NCBI GenBank assembly: GCA_938074535.1
Contig: CALJER010000049.1
Location: 1-19,769 of the forward strand
Direction of reading: 5' to 3'
From: an uncultured archaeon
Lineage (GTDB): Archaea; Hadarchaeota; Hadarchaeia; Hadarchaeales; WYZ-LMO6
Length of the DNA stretch: 19,769 nucleotides
The position numbers and the translations under genes are program-made. Each line of letters opens with the position of its first letter. Position 1 is the first letter of the stretch. Below are positions 15,018 to 19,769 of this stretch, one piece after another. The notes under the pieces are model-generated. The model did not search any database. It was not told the DNA's origin and worked only from the letters and a program-made list of their open reading frames with translations.

Positions 15018-16441
15018 GCCAGAGGATCAGGACCCTGGAGAAGAGGCTGGCCGACATCGTGGGGGAGGAGAACGTCTCCTCCGACCCCACCGACCTCATC
15101 CCCTTCGAGAGGGACGATCAGTTCTTCCTGGTTCCGCCGCACCGGCCCGACCTGGTGGTGAGGCCCGGGTCCACCGAGGAGGTGCAGGGCGTGCTCAGGC
15201 TGGCCTACCGCCTGAGGGTGCCCGTGGTCCCGCTGGCGTCGGGCATCAACCGGAAGGGTCTCTGCATTCCCTCGAGAGGGGGAATCCTGCTCGACCTGAG
15301 GAGGATGAACCGCATCCTGGAGATCAGCGAGGAGATGATGACGGCCACCGTAGAGCCCGGAGTCAGCTTCGGACAGCTGGTGAACGAGGTGAAGAAGACG
15401 GGACTCAGGGTGATCACCCCCTGGGCTCCTTCCACCGCTTCCGTTCTGGCCAACTACATGCTGCGGGGCATCTACGGGCCGGCCACCCGCTACGGGACCG
15501 ATCACCTCATCTCCATCGAGGTGGTGCTCCCCGACGGCAGGCTCCTGAGGACGGGCTCCGCCAACACCCCCACCTCCCGCCCCCTTCCCTACTGCAACCT
15601 GGTCAACGGCCCCGACCTGTGCAAGCTCTTCCAGGCCAACCCAGGGACGATGGGGGTGCTCACGAGGGGGACGATAAGGCTCTATCCCATGCCCGAGGTG
15701 ATGAAGCCCTTCATGGCTTCCTTCCCCGACTACGAGTCCATGGTGAAGCCCGCCATCGAGCTCACCGTGAAGGACGTGGTGGAAGCCTGCTGGACCATGA
15801 CCTTCACCCCCTCCTCCCTGCGCACCCTCACCAGCGGAGGGAGGCTGGAGGGCCTGGCCGACCTGTTCGAGAGGGACTTCTTCAGCATGTGGCTCTACGT
15901 GGCCGGCGAGAAGTGGAGGGCGGAGAGGGATGAGGAGAGGATGAGGAAGATCGTGGAAGAGGGTGGGGGAAGCCTCCTCCCCCTGCCCCCCGAAACGGAG
16001 GAGGAGATGATCAAGGACGAGATCTGGGAGAGGACGAGCGTGAGGGGATGGAAGAAGGGGAACCTCTACGGGTGCTCCTTCTACGGGGTGATGAAGCTGG
16101 CTCCCGAGTACTACAGGGTATGCAGGGAGATCAGCTTCAGGTACGGCTTCGACGAGTTCCACTACGAGGCCGTGCCCGTGGCGCCCTTCCACGGCCAGCT
16201 GGCCTACAACGACCCCTGCATCCTCTGGGACGCCGGCGACCCCGAACAGGTGCGGAAAATGAGGAGGGTGCACCGGGAGATCATGAGGGGGCTGCTGAGG
16301 GTGGGGATCTACGGCTGGTTCAGGCCCTTCCCCGGCGTGGTGGAGAGCCGGAAGCTGGGGGAGTACGGCAGGCTGTGGAGGGCCCTGAAGGAGCTGATCG
16401 ATCCCCGCCACATCATGAACCCGGGGAAGCCCCCCCTCTAG
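15014..16441 (+). CDS. FAD-binding oxidoreductase, VAO/PCMH/GlcD superfamily
   Basis: PDLVVRPGSTEEV, GGILLDLRRMNRILEI, VEPGV, EVVLPDG..LRTG, GPDL..LF, GTMGVLT, terminal DPRHIMNPGK; ATGA overlap with the upstream gene. Confidence 0.92.
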   Translation: MSQRIRTLEKRLADIVGEENVSSDPTDLIPFERDDQFFLVPPHRPDLVVRPGSTEEVQGVLRLAYRLRVPVVPLASGINRKGLCIPSRGGILLDLRRMNRILEISEEMMTATVEPGVSFGQLVNEVKKTGLRVITPWAPSTASVLANYMLRGIYGPATRYGTDHLISIEVVLPDGRLLRTGSANTPTSRPLPYCNLVNGPDLCKLFQANPGTMGVLTRGTIRLYPMPEVMKPFMASFPDYESMVKPAIELTVKDVVEACWTMTFTPSSLRTLTSGGRLEGLADLFERDFFSMWLYVAGEKWRAERDEERMRKIVEEGGGSLLPLPPETEEEMIKDEIWERTSVRGWKKGNLYGCSFYGVMKLAPEYYRVCREISFRYGFDEFHYEAVPVAPFHGQLAYNDPCILWDAGDPEQVRKMRRVHREIMRGLLRVGIYGWFRPFPGVVESRKLGEYGRLWRALKELIDPRHIMNPGKPPL

Positions 16442-17864
16442 CCCTCCTTTCCCTGACCTCCCTCAGGAAGGCCAGGTGGGAGAGGGCCCTGGCCGCCCTG
16501 GCGGTGGTGGGGAAGACGCACATGCCGCTCTTCACCAGTCTCTCCCTCACCTCCACCTTTCTCCTCTGAACCTCGAAGTCCGACTCCAGGGCGAGCACGA
16601 CGGCCAGGGGCTTCTCGGGAAAGGCCCTCATGTCCTCCCTCACCCTCGCGAGGACGCGGAGCACCTCCTCCTCGGGGCCAGAGAGGGCCTTCATCATCAT
16701 GTCCAGGTGGCTCACGTGCGCTATCAGCATGTCCACCCCTGGGTCGGCGGCCAGGATCCTCACGCACTCCTCCATCAGGGAGAAGTCGAAGAGCACGAAG
16801 TAGGAGAGGTCGACAGGGTTCCTCACCGAGGTGCCGGGAGACGGCACCACTTTCCTAAGCTTCTCCACGGTCTCCTCCTGCAGGGGGGCCACCTTCAGGC
16901 CGTTCCTCTCGCACGCGTCCGTGGAGGCCACGCCCGCCCCGCCCCCCGCCCCCACCACCGCCACCCTCCTGCCCCTCGGAAGGGGGAGGAGCCTGAGGGC
17001 CGAGATGACGTCCGCCATCTCCTCGAAGTCCTCCACCGGGATGGCCCCGGCCTGCCTCACGGCGGCCCTCCACACCTGGGCGGATCCGGACACGAACCCC
17101 GTGTGGGAGGCCACGGCCTTCGCTCCCGCCTCCGTCTCACCTCCCTTCCACACCACCACGGGCTTCTTCGCCGCCGTCCTCCTGAGCACCTCGAAGAACC
17201 TCCTCCCGTTCCTGGACCCCTCCACGTAGATCCCTATGATCCTCGTCTCGGGATCCTCCTCCAGGTACTCCAGCAGCTCCTCGCACGTGACGTCGCAGGA
17301 GTTGCCGAAGCTCACGATCTTGCTGAACCCTATCCCCCAGTTCTCGGCCTTGTAGGCGAACTCCTCCGCGTGCCCTCCGCTCTGGGAGAGAAAGGCCACG
17401 TCCCCCTCCAGCAGGGGAAGGCCGGCGAAGAAGGAGAGCCTGCCCTTCGGGCAGTAGACCCCTATGCAGTTGGGCCCTATCACCCTCACCCCGCTCCTCC
17501 TGGCCGTCTCCGCCAGCTCCCTCTCCCTCCTCCTCCCCTCCTCCGTTCCCTCCTCCCCGTAGCCCGCGGCGTAGATGCTGACCGCCTTCACCCCCTTCCT
17601 CCCGCAGTCCTCGATCACCTTGGGCACGGAGGATGCCGGGATGGAGATCACCGCGTAGTCCACCGGATGGGGAATGGCGTCCACGGTGGGGTAGGCCCTG
17701 TCGCCCAGCACCTCCCCCTCCCTGGAGTTGACGGGATACACCGGGGCCCCGGAGCTCTTCAGCCCGTAGTAGAAGATGAAGCCGAACTTGGAGGGGTGGC
17801 TGGAGGCCCCCACCACCGCCACTCCCCTGGGGCAGAACACGCGGTCGAAGTCCTCCTTTCCCAT
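16413..17864 (-). CDS. Second ADP-forming acyl-CoA synthetase alpha-subunit family protein
   Basis: FCPRGVAVVGAS, IGPNCIG, LSQSGG, VSFGN, YVEG, AVASHTG phospho-His, GGGAGV, NPVDL; GGTGAGGAG RBS. Confidence 0.92.
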   Translation of the reverse strand: MGKEDFDRVFCPRGVAVVGASSHPSKFGFIFYYGLKSSGAPVYPVNSREGEVLGDRAYPTVDAIPHPVDYAVISIPASSVPKVIEDCGRKGVKAVSIYAAGYGEEGTEEGRRRERELAETARRSGVRVIGPNCIGVYCPKGRLSFFAGLPLLEGDVAFLSQSGGHAEEFAYKAENWGIGFSKIVSFGNSCDVTCEELLEYLEEDPETRIIGIYVEGSRNGRRFFEVLRRTAAKKPVVVWKGGETEAGAKAVASHTGFVSGSAQVWRAAVRQAGAIPVEDFEEMADVISALRLLPLPRGRRVAVVGAGGGAGVASTDACERNGLKVAPLQEETVEKLRKVVPSPGTSVRNPVDLSYFVLFDFSLMEECVRILAADPGVDMLIAHVSHLDMMMKALSGPEEEVLRVLARVREDMRAFPEKPLAVVLALESDFEVQRRKVEVRERLVKSGMCVFPTTARAARALSHLAFLREVRERRARGGASPGS

Positions 17865-17868
17865 CTCC

Positions 17869-19029
17869 TCACCCGAGGGCACCCAACGCCTTTTCCAAAT
17901 CCCCTATTATATCTTCTGCATCCTCCACCCCCACCGACATCCTCATCAGCCCCTCCCCTATTCCGATTCTCTCCCTCTCCTCCTCCGGGAGGGAGCGGTG
18001 GGTCATGGAGGCCGGGTGCTCTATCAGGGAGGAAACGTCGCCCAGGCTCACCGCGCACTTCACCAGCTCCAGCCCCTCCATCATCCTGTAGGCCTCCTCC
18101 ATCCCCCCCTCCAGCTCGAAGGCCAGCATCCCCCCAAAACCCCTCATCTGTCTCCTTGCCAGCCCGTGCTGGGGGTGGCTGGGGAGGCCGGGGTAGCTCA
18201 CCCTCTTCACCCTGGGATGGGAGGAGAGGAACTCCGCCACCCTCAGGGCGTTCCGGCTGTGCCTCTCCATCCTGAGGGGAAGGGTTTTGATGCCCCTCAC
18301 GATCAGCCAGGCGTTGAAGGGGCTTATCGCTCCCCCCGTCAGGACCAGCATCCTCCTGGCCTCCTCCACGAGCTCCCTCCTACCCACCACCACCCCCCCG
18401 AGCGAGTCGCCGTGGCCGCAGAGGTACTTGGTGGCGCTGTGGACCACCACCTCCGCACCCAGCTCCAGCGGTCTCTGGTAGTAGGGGGTCATGAGGGTGT
18501 TGTCCACCACCACCTTCGCACCGTGCTCGCCCGCCAGCCCGCACACCTCCCTCAGGTCCACCAGGTCGAGCGTGGGGTTGGTGGGGGTCTCCAGAAAGAG
18601 GACCTCCGCCCCCATCCCCAGAACCCTCTCCACCTCCTCCCTCCTGCGCGGGTCGAACATGAGGACCTCCATCCCCAGCCTGGGAAGGAGGTTCCTCGCC
18701 AGCGCGTAGGTGCCCCCGTAGACCGCCAGGGAGCAGCCCACCTTCCTCCCCTTCTCCACAAGGGCCAGCAGGGAGACCAGGATGGCCGCCATGCCCGAGG
18801 CCGTGGCCAGGGCGGCCTCCCCTCCCTCCAGCAGGGCCACTTTCTTCTCCAGCACTTCCTGGGTGGGGTTCCCGTGCCTGGTGTAGACGTAGCGGGGTGG
18901 CAGCTCCCTTCCCAGCACGAAGGTGGAGGTCTGGTAGATGGGAACGGCGTGGGCTCCCGTCACGGGGCATGGCTCCTCACCCCCATGCACCGCCGTGGTG
19001 GAGAAGCCCTTCTTCCCCTCCCCCCTCAT
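17869..19029 (-). CDS. Cys/Met metabolism PLP-dependent enzyme (cystathionine gamma-synthase/lyase or methionine gamma-lyase family)
   Basis: PIYQTSTF, YTRHGNPT, ASGMAAI, ETPTNP, VVDNT, HSATKYLCGHGD PLP lysine, AVSLG, HPASMTH. Confidence 0.93.
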   Translation of the reverse strand: MRGEGKKGFSTTAVHGGEEPCPVTGAHAVPIYQTSTFVLGRELPPRYVYTRHGNPTQEVLEKKVALLEGGEAALATASGMAAILVSLLALVEKGRKVGCSLAVYGGTYALARNLLPRLGMEVLMFDPRRREEVERVLGMGAEVLFLETPTNPTLDLVDLREVCGLAGEHGAKVVVDNTLMTPYYQRPLELGAEVVVHSATKYLCGHGDSLGGVVVGRRELVEEARRMLVLTGGAISPFNAWLIVRGIKTLPLRMERHSRNALRVAEFLSSHPRVKRVSYPGLPSHPQHGLARRQMRGFGGMLAFELEGGMEEAYRMMEGLELVKCAVSLGDVSSLIEHPASMTHRSLPEEERERIGIGEGLMRMSVGVEDAEDIIGDLEKALGALG

Positions 19030-19610
19030 CCCCTCCCCCCGGCCGGGCGCCTCACCTCGAAGGGAAGGTCGTGCCCTGGCACGATCACCTCCGCCACCTC
19101 GGCTATCCTCCTCATGCTCTCCCTGGCCTTCCTGGCATCCGTGTGGATGCTTGGAATGATTCCCTCCTCGTGGTGCCTCCTGGTGGGGATGGCGTCGCCG
19201 GCCACCACCACACCCCCGAAGACCACGGAGAGGTGACCCTCCACGTGGCCCGGCGTCTCCATGATCCTCACCCTCCCCGAGAGGCTGGGAGGGCAGGGGA
19301 GGTAGTCCCTGAGGCCGGTCCTCTCTATCTCCAGGGGGTGGGCGTAGCGCTCCGCCCTGAACCTCTCGTTGCACCCCGTGTGGTCGGGGTGGAGGTGGGT
19401 GTTCACCACCACGCACACCTCCGAGGGATGAAAGCCCGCCCTCCTTATTCCCTCCTCCAGCAGGGGCCAGTCCTCCTCCAGGGCGGTGTCCACCAGAATC
19501 AGCTCACCGTCGTCGATCAGCACCACGGAGGAGGAGGCGTACTGCACGAAGGCCCCCTCGTAAACCACCTTTCCAGGCTTCACCAAGTAAATTCCTTCCC
19601 TTATCCTCAT
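19026..19610 (-). CDS. Metallo-beta-lactamase-fold hydrolase (short type)
   Basis: ILVDT, THLHPDHTG, TPGH, AGDA, IVPGHD metal-binding motifs; ATGA overlap with the downstream gene. Confidence 0.92.
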   Translation of the reverse strand: MRIREGIYLVKPGKVVYEGAFVQYASSSVVLIDDGELILVDTALEEDWPLLEEGIRRAGFHPSEVCVVVNTHLHPDHTGCNERFRAERYAHPLEIERTGLRDYLPCPPSLSGRVRIMETPGHVEGHLSVVFGGVVVAGDAIPTRRHHEEGIIPSIHTDARKARESMRRIAEVAEVIVPGHDLPFEVRRPAGGRG

Positions 19611-19614
19611 GCTC

Positions 19615-19769
19615 TCAGCGCAGTGGGAAGGGGGGCCTGGGCTCCTCCACCCTCACCGCCCTCTCGCTCCTCCCCACCTTCTCCTCCTGCATCCTCAGCA
19701 CCCTCTCCCCCAGCTCCGTGAGGGCGTAAGCGGGGATGCTCTTCCCGAAGGAGGCCCTGGCCAGAGGGC
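19615..19769 (-). CDS. C-terminal fragment of an upstream gene, possibly ending in a winged-helix wing
   Basis: Hand translation ...PLARASFGKSIPAYALTELGERVLRMQEEKVGRSERAVRVEEPRPPFPLR*, stop 4 nt before the MBL start. YxLTxxGxxxL is typical of wHTH C-termini. Confidence 0.55.
   Translation of the reverse strand, partial: PLARASFGKSIPAYALTELGERVLRMQEEKVGRSERAVRVEEPRPPFPLR

Noticed and set aside
16476-18275. Long alternative-frame and antisense ORFs (e.g. 16476-18275 +, 14687-16411 -, 9205-10569 +, 2855-3937 +, 105-854 +)
   Set aside because: They shadow well-supported genes, have no recognisable motifs and show the composition expected of off-frame reads in high-GC DNA.
17869-19029. Specific assignment as methionine gamma-lyase (mgl) or metB
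   Set aside because: It has YGGT, not the YGCT typical of classical MGL, and motifs alone do not separate the family members, so no symbol is given.
19611-19769. Fusion of the right-edge ORF with the MBL hydrolase
   Set aside because: Counting the G-run at 19630-19635 gives a TGA at 19615-19617, so the genes are separate.

Overview
GC-rich archaeal chromosomal window. It has TATA/BRE-like promoters, a BHB-intron tRNA-Trp, methanogen-type HdrBC and a DUF2117-like gene. A thermophilic euryarchaeal-type lineage such as Hadarchaeota is a guess, not something the sequence shows. The core (4187-17864) is a cluster of CoA-ester and redox genes: etfB-etfA, two alpha-only ADP-forming acyl-CoA synthetases, an SCP2-type thiolase with its DUF35 partner, two divergent hdrC-hdrB pairs with no hdrA in the window, a GNAT, and a CCG Fe-S protein paired with a VAO/GlcD-family flavoprotein. 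In its middle is an unusual fusion of a Cas2/PaaX-middle/ChrB-N-like domain to a DUF2117-like body. The left flank holds an unrecognised ORF cut by the window edge, a decayed AMP-forming acyl-CoA ligase, an S16 protease, a very small kinase-like ORF, a SecB-like archaeal protein, and tRNA-Trp whose 56-nt intron encodes a box C/D guide for C34 and C39. The right flank holds a Cys/Met PLP enzyme, an MBL-fold hydrolase and a partial ORF. No CRISPR array or mobile element was seen. All family calls come from motif recognition by eye.
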